This document shows, in pieces, positions 49,086-61,099 of a stretch of DNA of 64,000 nt. Every line of letters starts with the position of its first letter. Position 1 is the first letter of the stretch. Source of the DNA: Lepidodermella squamata. Taxonomy: Eukaryota; Animalia; Gastrotricha. The stretch covers positions 1,116,001 to 1,180,000 of the forward strand of contig JBLDXI010000034.1 in the NCBI GenBank assembly GCA_047495785.1, written 5' to 3'. Position numbers and translations under genes: made by a program. The notes below the pieces were generated by a model that saw only the letters and a program-made list of their open reading frames with translations, made no database searches and was not told the origin of the DNA.

Positions 49086-50794
49086 ACGACCGAAACATCT
49101 GCAAGATGTAAAAAAATCGAAGGTTTTGATGATATAGTAGGGCGATGAGTAATTCAACTTGTTGTAGCTGAAATTGTGTTTTTTGATGCTTTGAAAGTTC
49201 AGTTTTACTCAGTTCATACAGCTTCTGTAACCTGTAAACTGTTATCGCTGAATGAGCAATTTCTATAATAAATAATAATGTGACTTGTTCAACAGACGCC
49301 GGGACGTGGGACGAATACTGTATGGACTCGACACTAACCACTTTTCTGCTGGACAGGAAAAAATCCATAATTTTGATGTGAAAAAATCGAATGCAAAAAT
49401 GCAATTTTTTACTCCTAAAAAGCACCATTTTTACGCATCCGCCCATTAAAAAGCCAAAAGCAGGTAAAGTTTCACGATTGGACCGTATAGGCAAGCCATT
49501 ATGATAGATGTGAACTTAATTCTTAGGAATATCGACAGCTCCAATCACGATCTTTGCAACAGTACAAAATTCACAATTTTCGGACTGAGCCATGATTTTA
49601 TCTTGAATTTAATGACAAAATCCATTGTTGTGTCTGTCGCTCGCTGTTACGCAACGGCCGTCCAGCCTTATTGTTCGGGCGCCTGTCGCGTCGCTGCGTC
49701 CGTGAACGCTCTACCGTTTTGTCGCGCAACACTGATGCGACACCGGCGATACGCGCGACACCGCCGAGTCCGCGAACAAGTGCGTGACACCGGATTTGTC
49801 GCGAATAATACGAAAAACGTTTCGCGCCGCTCAGTTGTCGCGTGCGACAAATCGCGAGTCCGTGAACCTACTTTACTGTTCCATCGATAGCGCAAACGGG
49901 GCTTTGAGGTCAGAAAAACTAGATTTGGCCACAAGATGAACCTCAGTAAAGAAGCCGCTGATCGTAAACAAGTACCCCAGCCTTTTTTTACTGATGTTCA
50001 AATCGTCTAATTAATTTTTCCTCAGGGTGCGATCTTGGATCCCGGAGCTGTCAGGGATGGACATTTTGTTCTTGTTTTTGCTAAAATGACTAGTCATTTC
50101 AACTAAAAAGCGCGCGAAGCGAGAACATTTTAAAGATTTTCCACTTAAACACGCTCCAAAGCCTCTCAAAATTAACGAAACAGTGGGATAAATTCTCATG
50201 TTTGTCTGGTCCGGCCGAGCTGTGGGGATGATCCCCCCATTCCCCTGAAAGTCGCACACTGGATTTACTCGCAAATGGGAAAAGCTGATAATCGATGGCA
50301 AAGCTGATAGGCATAAAGTAATACAGCTGGCAGCACGATACACACATCGAAAAGCTCAGACAAATTATAGTTCTTACTGCGAATATACGACTATGATGAA
50401 GAGAAAACGCGCCCCCGCCAGTTTATCAATTGAATTTTCGATATCGTGGCTTCAAAGTTACATCCGTCTGTTTTCGAACGTCTTTCACTATCAAACTTTT
50501 TTAGAATCGATTCATCATCTTCAGTTGCAATTTCAATTTCTTTTTGTAGGCATATGTGTACCAATTAACAATGCTTTATTCACTGCCGGGAAGAGATGAA
50601 TTCACTTCCTATGCTATGTTAGCAAGATCACGACAAAAGATAAAAGCTCAGGCATCGAAAGTCTTTTTCTGCAACGTGATCATAAATATATGCTATTCTC
50701 GAGTTTGCGTAGTGCTTGCAGCCGGAAAAGTTGCGCTCCGAGCGACATTGACAGGTGATATTCGCTTGAAAGAATCCCACGTCGCGATAAAGGA

Positions 50795-52026
50795 ATGAAT
50801 AGATCTCAGCCTAAGTTTCCAGTCGTACAGATAGTCAACAGCGGTTGGTTATTAGCCAATTTTTCAGAGCAAGGTTATGGCCACGCTAAGGAATTTTACA
50901 GCGGCTACGCTCATGATCTATCATCTACAAGCATGGCAGATCGATTGGGGTTCCCAATTGCTTCTGGCCTATTGACTCTCGCCCTGATACCTACCTGCAT
51001 CTTCAATTTGATCACCCTGGTCCGACGTGGGGTGAAACGCGATTTCCTAATGCTAGCAATCTTCCTCCACATTCGAAGCATCCTGTTTGCGATAGTCATT
51101 ACTTTGCTATTCACCGCCCCTGTTGCGACTGGAGGCTGGGATTGGCCTGAATGGACATGTGGCACTATCTTCGTCGCAGCATGGATCACTGGAATCTACG
51201 GAACTAACATCGAATCTCTCATATCATACGAACGAAGGATGTGCCTGACTTCGAAATCGATCAATTATCGAACAAATACCATCAAGATTTTGGCTATAGC
51301 TCTGGCGCAGCTCGTTTCATGCACTTTGATGAGTCTCGCTTTCCTGATATGGCCTTTCAATACAATGAGAGTTAGGAAACTGATAGTCGAGGGCTTTAAC
51401 AACAATCAACCGATAGCTCTCTGTTCGTGTTGGGATTTTAACTTTATCAACGATTTCGATACCTCATTCCTAATGATTCTCTACTACGCTTTGAACTACA
51501 GCTTCGCTATTCCATTCCTTGGCTACAACTATTGGATAGCTTTCAAGAGTATATCTAACCTTCGAACTGGGCGCAGTAGAAGCAAGACTAACGTGAATAC
51601 TGTGGCATCGACAATGCGATCAACTTTTACATCTAACCACACGGTGAGAAGTGTTAGAATTCTAGATTGGCAACGCCGCGAAATCTACCTGATGAAGTTG
51701 TCAGTTCTAATGTTTGTCGTTTTCATCATCACATTTCTGCCAGCTTTCTGGTCGACGTAAGTACTTTGCTAACTTCTGAAGCCAGCTCTTAAAGTTCTGC
51801 TACTATTTTTAGATTCGCGCTGGCGACTTGGAGACTTGGCTCTTATCACATCGAAGTAGCTTGGGTTCGAAAATTTTCCCTCTGTGTTGTGATATCCGGT
51901 TCTCTTATATCGGCGATCCTACAGTCAATATCACCAGCGCATCTCGAGATATGGTTTGACAAGCTAGGAAAATGGTGGGGTCGGTTACGCAGGAAAAACC
52001 GGCGCGTTAACTTCTCAATTAGCTAA
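50795..52026 (+). CDS. Orphan class A-like GPCR 2; join(50795..51756,51813..52026)
   Basis: Close paralog of GPCR 1 with the same intron; differs mainly in ICL3, the extracellular loops and the C-tail. Confidence 0.8.
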
Positions 52027-52428
52027 CACCATGGCCTGAACTAAATCTCCCTACCTTCACATTGAAAAAAGGATTCTATTGATTCGCCATTGATGGCAGC
52101 AGAAGTTGTCTATCCATCGAATATCGATAAAACACTTTTCAGATATATCGTTTATATAACCTCGTAGAGCGAAGAGCATCACTTGTAAAAAATTCAAAAA
52201 AATGAATAAAACATATTTGCAATTGACAGCTGAAATAACTGACGATAAACATTGTCTCCATGCATAAGGAATTTTTCTGCAATAATTTGGAGAATATCGG
52301 GGGCTGGGGCATAAATACCTGGCGGGATATTTCGAAGGAATTCGGCGCACAAAAATGTGTTTATTTGACCAAGCAAGAACTCAGAGAATTGCTCAGCAAT
52401 CATTTCATGTATTTTCAATTTCGTTTCG

Positions 52429-55400
52429 ATGAAACTTTATTTTAGTGTGTATATAGCAGCAGGTTAGCTTTTCTCAAGTCAAATTACTGAGTTTACTGTT
52501 TATTTTATACAGGACTTGTATTCACAGCCTTGAGCGGAATAGATGCAACTTTGAGTATGATTGTTGATGAGTTCAAAGGATTGAATTATTTGTCTTCGAT
52601 TACAGCTATTCCCGTTGATGTCAACTATGGTATCAACCTTGAGGCTCAATACGACTTCAACAGCCGCGGCAATGTTGGTGCCACTGGAAATACATCCTCA
52701 ACATCTACAGGTTAGAATGAATTTACCCTTTTCCATCCTTCATCTTTCATCTTGATTCAAATTCAACAGAAAAGGACGACTATCCAGTTCCGCAGGGTAG
52801 CTGGAAGGTGCCCGACCGTTATGAAGCTGAATTCCGACCGCATTGGTCTTTCGATGAATTCAGTTCGATCAGTAAGCTTCAACTCCCTTTTTTTAGCCTA
52901 ATCATTTCAATCTTTTGAAGAGTGTCGATGGAGTTTCTACGGACGTTCATCGACCACATCAATTCCGAAAGATCAGATCGTCCTCGAACCAAAAGGCAGC
53001 GACCCCAAGTTCCCATCAGCATTCAGTCACAGTGTAAGTGGTGGCATATCGGGAATACCCTTTGAAACTATTTTTCAAACTAACAGCTCTTGGTTCCGGG
53101 TAAAGATTGGCGTCTCGAGCTTACGTACGAATTCTATGGAGGCCAGTACTGTGCAAAGCGACCATCCGGTGGTTTCGGGGTGTTTATGGTCGAGAATTCA
53201 ACGGCTTCAAACCCTGGCGACCAGTTTTCGACCATCAACAGAGATAGCTGCACCACCTTTCCCGGATTTGCCGCATGGGTGGACGACGCCTATATAACAC
53301 CATACTTCGCTCAAACCAAAGCCGGGTTCTGCCAGGGCGATAAGGAGTTAAACGGGTACAGTGTGAAGCTTCCTTCGAAACGAGGACCAACAAAGCTAAC
53401 GATTCAAAGCATTGGAAATGAGATTGTCGTAAGTTTTTAGGCTCAATTTTCCAATAAGATTCCTCACGAGTTTTTTTTCAAGATTTCGACTGAAGAAGCG
53501 AAAAATCCGACTAAGGCATTTATCAACACATTGCCATTCAATATCGCGGGCCTGGGCAACATTCGGAACAAGGTTATTGGTATTGCTGCAGATATTGATT
53601 CGTGTTACAAATCGGTCGTGATCTCGAGCTTCAACTTCTTCCATCTTAAGCCATGTACGTTTCATACTAAACGATCGGTGCGATGACTACAATTAGGGTT
53701 AGGGTTTGGCTTTTCGAATGATAAGGTTCCCGGTTTGGGTTTATTGTAGAAATTATGACCCGTTCTATCTCATTTACAAAAAGATCCATGCGATCCTGAA
53801 AATCCAGAAGAGCCAGTCACACCTGCGCCTGGTGAGCCGTCCTTGACAACTTTGAGGGACTCCACCACGGAATTCCCAGTGGGCACCTTGCCTCCGACTC
53901 CAGATGGCAACCCTATCACTCCGGAACCATCAACAACAACACAAACTCCCGAGGTAATAACAAATCCAGGCGATCATTCAGCGGTGACTGACGATCAAGG
54001 CCACACATTCACCGAGCCGACTACAACACCGGCTATCGTTCCTACTGTTCCTGGTTTTCCTGTTACCAACCCTGATGGCTCGCTCGTGACTAATGACCAG
54101 GGAACAACAATCACGCAACCGCCTTCGGCTGTGACTTACCCGAACGGACAACCGGTTACTGATCCTTCAGGGCAGCCTATCACCCTGCCACCTCCAGTTG
54201 TGGTTACCAATCCAGGTGATCATTCGGCCGTAACAGATGATAAGGGCCACACATTCACCTTGACTCCATCCACGCCTCCCTTGACAACCCCAGGTAAGGA
54301 AAAACACTGTAATTTGACTTGGGAATAACGATAAATTTTGATTCAGGAATCCCAGTTACTAACCCTATCGATCACTCGCCGGTAACTAATGACGCTGGTA
54401 CAACAATAACGCAGCCTCCTTCGACCGTAACAATACCAGGCGGCAGTCCGGTTACAAATCCGAACGGATTTCCTGTTACCATCCCGCCAGCTGATGTCGT
54501 CACAAATCCAGGCGATCACTCTGCTGTTACCGATGATCAGGGCCATACGTTTACAATGCCACCCGTTACTCCGGTCATTACAACCCCGGGCGTACCAGTT
54601 ACCAACCCTGGTAACCACCAGCCGGTCACGAATGACGTAGGCTCTACAATTACGCAGCCTGCTTCGACGGTAACAGGGCCTGACGGACATGTCGTGACTC
54701 AGCCTTCAGGCCAGCCGGTTACCATCCCACCGCCTCAGGTTGTAACAAATCCTGGCGATCACTCGGCTGTTACTGATGACAAAGGACATACGTTCACCTT
54801 ACCACCTGTCACTCCGTTGCCAACAAATCCTACCGGTGTCCCTATTACTAACCCTGGTAACCATCAGCCGGTAACGGATGATACTGGTTCGACAGTCACC
54901 CAAACTTTATCGACCGTTACCCAACCGAATGGAAACGTGGTTACTAACCCTTGGGGCGAACCAGTGACTATCCCGCCACCTGCTGTAGTCACTAACCCTG
55001 GCGATCATTCAGCCGTGACTGACGACAAGGGTCACACGTTTACTATGCCACCTGTAACACCTGCGCCAACGCAACCACCGGGAGCTCCAGTCACCAACCC
55101 AGGAAACCATAACCCGGTAACTGATGATACTGGTTCGACTATAACCCAGCCGATGTCTACTGTGACGCTGCCGGGTGGAAGTGTAGTTACCCAACCTTGG
55201 GGTGATCCAGTAACGGTAACCCCGCCCCTGGTTGTAACAAACCCGGGTGACCACAATGCGGTAACTGATGACAAGGGCCACACATTCACCGAACTTCCTC
55301 ACACAACTGGCGGGACAACTGTTCCAGGTAATCACAAGAATCTTGCGTATAAACCATTTAGCTGTTGAGTTTTTCGAGGCATCCCGGTTACTAACCCAGG

Positions 55401-58045
55401 TAGCGGTTCAGTTGTGACTAACGACGCTGGTACAACTATCACCCAACCCCCGTCGACTGTTACCCAACCCGATGGTAGCCCTGTTACCAATCCTTCTGGA
55501 GTTCCTATCACAATTCCACCGCCTGATGTAGTCACCAACCCTCATGATCACTCAGTCGTGACGGATGACGCGAAACATACCTTCACAATGCCACCTGTAA
55601 CACCAGCTACCACTCCAGTTCCAGGTGTACCGGTAACGAACCCAGGTAATGGCCAGCCGGTTACGGACGATAGAGGATCGACTGTAACTCAGCCGCTTTC
55701 TACAATCACTTGGCCGAATGGTAATGTGGTGACAGATCCATCGGGTAATCCTGTAACCCTACCACCGCCAGTGGTGGTTACAAACCCTGGAAATCACCAA
55801 CCGGTTACCGATGACAAAGGCCATACATTCACTATGGCACCGTCAACGCCTTTACCAACTACTGAACCTGGTAAGGATTCGGTCCTTCTATCTGTCGATT
55901 TCTAAGTCTTGTTAAAAAGGTGTTCCGGTTACTAATCCTGGTAACCACCAACCCGTTACCGATGACAGAGGTTCAACAGTAACTCAGCCGTTATCGACAG
56001 TAACAGGCCCGAATGGTAACCCCGTCACAGACCCATCGGGAGTTCCAGTGACGATCCCACCGGGTAGCGTGATCACTAACCCGATAGACCATAAACCAGT
56101 CACGGATGATCAGGGTCACACTTTCACTGAAGCTCCGTCAACGCCACTCACTACCACGCCTGGTAGATCATTTTTCAACTGAATCTACCTTAATAATTTT
56201 TCGATTTTTAGGCGCTCCTGTTAACCCTGGAAACCACGCGCCTGTCACAAATGATGCTGGGTCCACCATAACGCAACCAGCTTCGACGATAACAGTACCC
56301 GGTGGAGGCGTCGTGACACTTCCATGGGGCCAGCCCTCGACAATCCCGCCGCCTGACGTAGTTACTAACCCTGGTGATCACAAGCCGGTTACAGATGATA
56401 AGGGGCACACGTTCACCTACGCTCCCTCGAGTTCAACTCTTCCACCTGTCCCTGTTACTAATCCTGGCGATCATTCGTTGGTAACTGATGACTCTGGAAA
56501 AACTGTTACGCAACCGTTGTCTACAATCACAAATCCTAACGGTGGTGCAGTGACTGCACCCTGGGGAGGACCTGTAACCCTACCACCAGGTCAAGTTGTA
56601 ACCAATCCTGGCGATCACTCAGCTGTAACCGACGATAAGGGCCACACTTTCACCTATGCTCCGACTCTTCCTACGACTACAGTCCCTGGAGTGACAGTGA
56701 CCAACCCGAATGACCACTCGCCCGTGACGAATGATGCTGGTACGATCATCACCCAGCCTATAACGACGGTTACAGGACCAAATGGGCAGGTGATAACGGT
56801 TACGACACCTCCACCTGTTGTTGTCACAAACCCGGCGGATCACTCAGCTGTAACTGATGATAAGGGCCATACCTTCACTGTAGCAACAACAACACCTTAC
56901 CCAGGTAATTTAAATTCTGAAATTCTGAAATTCTGAAATTCTGAAATTCATTCTGAAATTATTTTCTAAAATTCTGAACTATCAAAATGCTTGAAGATGC
57001 TACACCGGGAATAACGGTAACAAACCCTGGAAATGGAAAGCCAATAACTGATGACTCTGGATCGACAATCACTCAGCCAATTTCGACAGTAACCCAGCCT
57101 AATGGGGATGTTGTGACAAACCCATTAGGAAGTCCGATTACTCTTCCACCGCCCGTCGTGGTAACTAACCCTGGTGATCACTCGGCTGTGACGGACGATC
57201 GAGGACACACCTTCCCCGCCACGCCATCGCTCCCCATTTCGACTACGCTGATTCAAGGTATTTTATTGATTTTATTAGAGATCGGCTGAATTAATTGGGG
57301 ATTAGGCGTTCCTGTCACAAATCCAGGAGACCATTCAGTAGTCACCAATGACGCCGGAACGACCATCACTCAGCCAATTTCAACCGTGACAGCACCTAAT
57401 GGCCAGCCTGTAACAGACCCATCCGGGAACCCAGTCACCCTACCGCCTCCCGTTGTCATAACAAACCCGGGCGATCACTCAGCGGTTACTGATGACAAGG
57501 GCCACACTTTCACCCAATCACCGGCGACCACTATACCAACTGTGACAGGGATCACAGTGACTCAAACTGATGGGGTACCAGGGGTAACCCAGCCACCTGG
57601 TGGTCTAATTACGGTTCCGGGTCAAGGTGGGAATTTCACATCAACCACAAGAGGAATTTCTACTACACTCAAATACAGCACCACTAAAAAGCCGCGTAAG
57701 AAATTTTAAGATGGAATATTTTCCAAATCTACTTTTCCTTTCACCTGAAGGCCATCAAACTACGCCTGCGAATGGTAAAATCTTTGTAAATTTTGGTAAT
57801 ATTTGATAGATGTTTCCTCAACAGATAAGGAGTGCGTTCTTAGCAAGAATTCATGGAACGATCACAATCGTTGTCAATGCCGTTGCATGCATATCGTTAG
57901 AAGGTGCAGTGATTCTCGTACTGAGAGCATTTTCATTGACAATGCCGTCCTGTCGCCCGAGTTCAACAAGCCAAGCGTTGACAGAGATTGCCCGGCTACG
58001 TCAGAGAACCACCTGTTCGAGACATGCAAATGCTGGTGTCCTTAA
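52429..58045 (+). CDS. Large secreted multi-exon protein: L-type (legume) lectin-like domain + ~14 Thr/Pro/His/Asp repeats + Cys-rich CxCxC C-terminus
   Basis: Signal peptide MKLYFSVYIAAG|LVFTALS. DWRLELTYEFYGG...GGFGVFMV...FPGFAAWVDD resembles the L-lectin pattern. ~80-aa repeat ending VTNPGDHSAVTDDKGHTFT; C-terminal CQCRC...CKCWCP; AATAAA at ~58222. Confidence 0.8.
56910..56980. repeat. (TTCTGAAA)n intronic minisatellite
   Basis: aaattctgaaattctgaaattctgaaattctgaaatt... Confidence 0.85.
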
Positions 58046-58417
58046 TCAAAAAGCAATAGATAGGGATACTGCTGCTCTAAGCAGATGCTTTGGCTTCGCT
58101 TATAATATACTGACTTATAACTATGCTATCGTAAGGTGCTTCAGCTATGTATTAAGATGGCTTCAGTGGTGCAAGAGCCTCGAGTATAGTTAGCAAAGCT
58201 TCATTGCTGCGAATATTCTCCTAATAAAACAAAGTTTTGTCTGGAATCATTCGAAGAGTTTAAAATATTCTGACATAGTAAGGTTTAGTGATTTTCCCGA
58301 GTTTTCCAGCCAATCGCGAAAATTGTGTTGGCTTGGAATGAGATAGATTCAGAGTTCAGGCAGGCGATATAAAAAATAAAATAAAAAATAAAAATAAAAA
58401 ATAAATAAAATAAAAAA

Positions 58418-58490
58418 TGGAGGATACGGGCGTCGATCCCGTTACCTCTCGCATGCTAAGCGAGCGCTCTACCATTTGAGCTAATCCCCC
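58418..58490 (-). tRNA. trnA-AGC: tRNA-Ala (anticodon AGC)
   Basis: GGGGGATTAGCTCAAATGGTAGAGCGCTCGCTTAGCATGCGAGAGGTAACGGGATCGACGCCCGTATCCTCCA. Acceptor stem has G3:U70; an oligo-T Pol III terminator follows immediately. Confidence 0.97.
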
Positions 58491-58849
58491 TGTCATGATT
58501 CACTAGTTTTTATACCACCAGTGAATGGTGTGCAAATGACACGCGCTACCCGTTAAAGTGTGAAGTACACAATGTCCATGCATAACGTGAAGTCTTCCCG
58601 CTAGCTCGGCCATAGTATATTGAGTACTGCTATTGCGACGGTTTTTTGCTAGGCCGTCAATCCTAAGTTTCCGTTTACAGCTGAGTTCTTAATAATAGTC
58701 GATCGATTACGTAGAAACGTCTTAGATACAAATATCTGAACAACAGTTCGAACTAGCCGTGTAAATTTCTGAGCTGTATGGTGACGATTTGCTAAGCGGT
58801 CTAATGCAAAAAATGTTTTTTTTCAATCAAGATTCGTTAGAGAAAACCT

Positions 58850-59430
58850 TTTATTGGTATACTGTGTTATATACAAACTATAACATTGCCTTTGAGACAC
58901 AGGATTATAAATTATTAAGTTTATAATTTGATGAGGTTAATTGATGAATTAATTGCTTGATTGATTGATTAGTTAGCGTCTTTGAGTAGGTTGGCTATTT
59001 GAGTAAAGATGATTATTCAGGATCCTAATGCTATCCTTAAGGATTTGATGGGCCATATCAACAGCTGTACTGCTGCTGATTCCGTAATCTTGAAGTAATT
59101 GGATCGCTTCTTTGGTTAGCGAGCCCCGTGTGCCGATATAAAGGCCGTGTACTTCTATCGAGTCCAAATCAAAGGCTTCGCAGATGAACTTGCTACACGG
59201 CTCGTAGATCGAACGCTTCTCAATGTCGACATCTCCGAATTGACCTTCTGATGATTCAAATCTAATTGTGGGGTCGATGATTGCTCCATGTCTGCTTCCT
59301 CTTCGAAATGCCAATATATCAAAACGCCGAGAGGATCCGTTTTCGGCTATACAGTGTCCCTCTTCAGTGACGTTGTATCCTTGGCGTCGTAGTTCCAAAG
59401 CAATCTTCTGGCGGATTTTGTTGTGCCTCG
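58850..59430 (-). mobile_element. 3' end of an R2/NeSL/Utopia-type non-LTR retrotransposon (restriction-like endonuclease)
   Basis: RHNKIR...EE.HC....S.RRFDI.....AIIDPTIRFE...EK..IY is the RLE pattern. Stop at 58973, AT-rich tail, truncated at the RHN motif. Confidence 0.8.
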
Positions 59431-59553
59431 ATCACTTGAGCTAAGACAATTTTTTTCATTAATAAAACATCAGTTATTACAGGTTATTGAATAATTAAAC
59501 ATGATCAGCGTGCGAGATTGGTTATCAATATGAAAATTTGCGTGCGTGTGAAG

Positions 59554-60994
59554 ATGACCCTGTCCGGGAAATTCATCCTTTTCTTGGCCTCGATAATCTG
59601 GAGCTTTTACGGCGTTTTGACCGTAGAGACTCAACGGAATCAAAGTATCGCGCAAAGTTTGCTGTCGGAATGTGATCTATTGGCTGATTCCTTCGGAAGT
59701 TTCTTGGAAGAAGAATCAAATGCAAGCATCCCAGTTCAAGCTGAATTCGCCATGGACCGATTACTAACTGTTGATGACAATTATGAATTCGTTGAATTCC
59801 TCGCCTCGTTTTCACTCACTTTCGAATTGGAATGTATACAAACAGCGGCTGCTAAGCTAGGATATCGTTTGTCGAAGAGGGCGTTTCTTACTGTGACTAA
59901 CACTAAAGACTACTGGCAGCCACCTCTATATCATCTGAACAGCCGGAATGACTACGGCATCAAAAATATTAGAGCAAGGATCATTATACTTCAACCGGAT
60001 CAAGGCAGGTGGAAAATTCACCTCTAAATAATACTCTGCTAGCATTGTTTCTTCTCCCAGGCATCGTTAAATTCATTTTCAGTGGATTATTCAGGCCAAC
60101 TGTTCGCTTCGTGTATACTGCGTAAGAATCTTCAATATAAATGATAGCGAAAGATGATGGGTTTTTTTCAAGGTTCCCCTTCGACAAACAGGTAAAATTC
60201 CGAAGAGAAACGGTAAAATAATATTTTTCTTTCCTATGCAGTCTTGGTCCTGGATTATGGGGTGACTTACTGAGGGATCTTATTTACTTGAATTAACATT
60301 TGAAAAATTTAGGCTCCAGCTTAATCCTGGGTCTATCAACATCCTTAATACAACAGTATCGATCGTAAACGGTGAAAAAGCATTCATCGAAGAAAATTTA
60401 GGTTGGGAGCCTGTGCTGTCGAAGACAATATCAGCCTCGGCGATAAAAGGTGCTTCCGATCCTAATTCAGCTTTCCATGAAATGCAAGTGACCTTCGCCA
60501 TGAAGCGGCTGTCATTCTACTACGTCAGGAACATCATTTTTGTCTGCGTTATACTAACATTCGCTATAACTGTTACTTTCATGATCCCACCGGATGCCAT
60601 CAAACGTAATCTGTAAGTCATTTCTATTTTTCGGCTTGACATAAGGATTTTTCCTGATAGGTTCGCGATCATAATACTACTGGCTATTTACTTGATGGAG
60701 CTGCAGATAAATTCGCTGATTCCAAAAACGCCAGCCCGAGTCAATATCAAAGATATTTGCATCACGGAATTGTGGTCTTGTTTCTTTGTCTTCGGCTACT
60801 CGACTGCAATGTCGACCCTAATTGCTTCAAACAAGGAGTACGCAGAGCGACGAGCTTGTTTCTTCAAACAGCGAATTTCGATTCGATACTGCCGCATTGC
60901 TGATATCATTGCGTGTGCGCTGTTTTTCGCGATCATGATCCAACTGCGACTAATTCTTCTCGTCACCGTAGTCGTCGATTACTTCAAGGACTGA
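59554..60994 (+). CDS. Cys-less (Pro-loop) pLGIC subunit; join(59554..60004,60061..60121,60173..60191,60242..60261,60313..60612,60661..60994), ~394 aa
   Basis: Signal peptide, YWQPPLY loop A, loop VRFVYTAFPFDKQSW, MKR.S.YY pre-M1, IPPD M1-M2 linker, IPKT M2-M3, four TMs. Exon lengths sum to 1185 nt in frame if intron 1 uses a GC donor. Confidence 0.8.
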
Positions 60995-61099
60995 TATATC
61001 ACTCATTCTTTCGAAAAATTATTCATCCTTTTATTTTGTTCCACCTTAATACTTGAATTAAAATCGATAATTATTTTATGTTAAAATTTCGAATACAGG

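Noticed and set aside
49620-49870. CG-rich tgtcgcg/cgcgaca palindromic cluster and overlapping 129-aa ORF
   Set aside because: Resembles subterminal repeats of a non-autonomous DNA transposon, but the ends and TSD could not be defined and the ORF has no protein-like motif.
52057-52418. Short minus-strand ORFs between GPCR 2 and the repeat protein
   Set aside because: No convincing start, splice chain or motif.
53692-53706. Interstitial telomeric repeat (TTAGGG)2
   Set aside because: Only two units inside an intron; compatible with chance.
54343-56843. Antisense ORFs over the Thr/Pro repeat region
   Set aside because: Shadow frames caused by repetitive codon usage on the plus strand.
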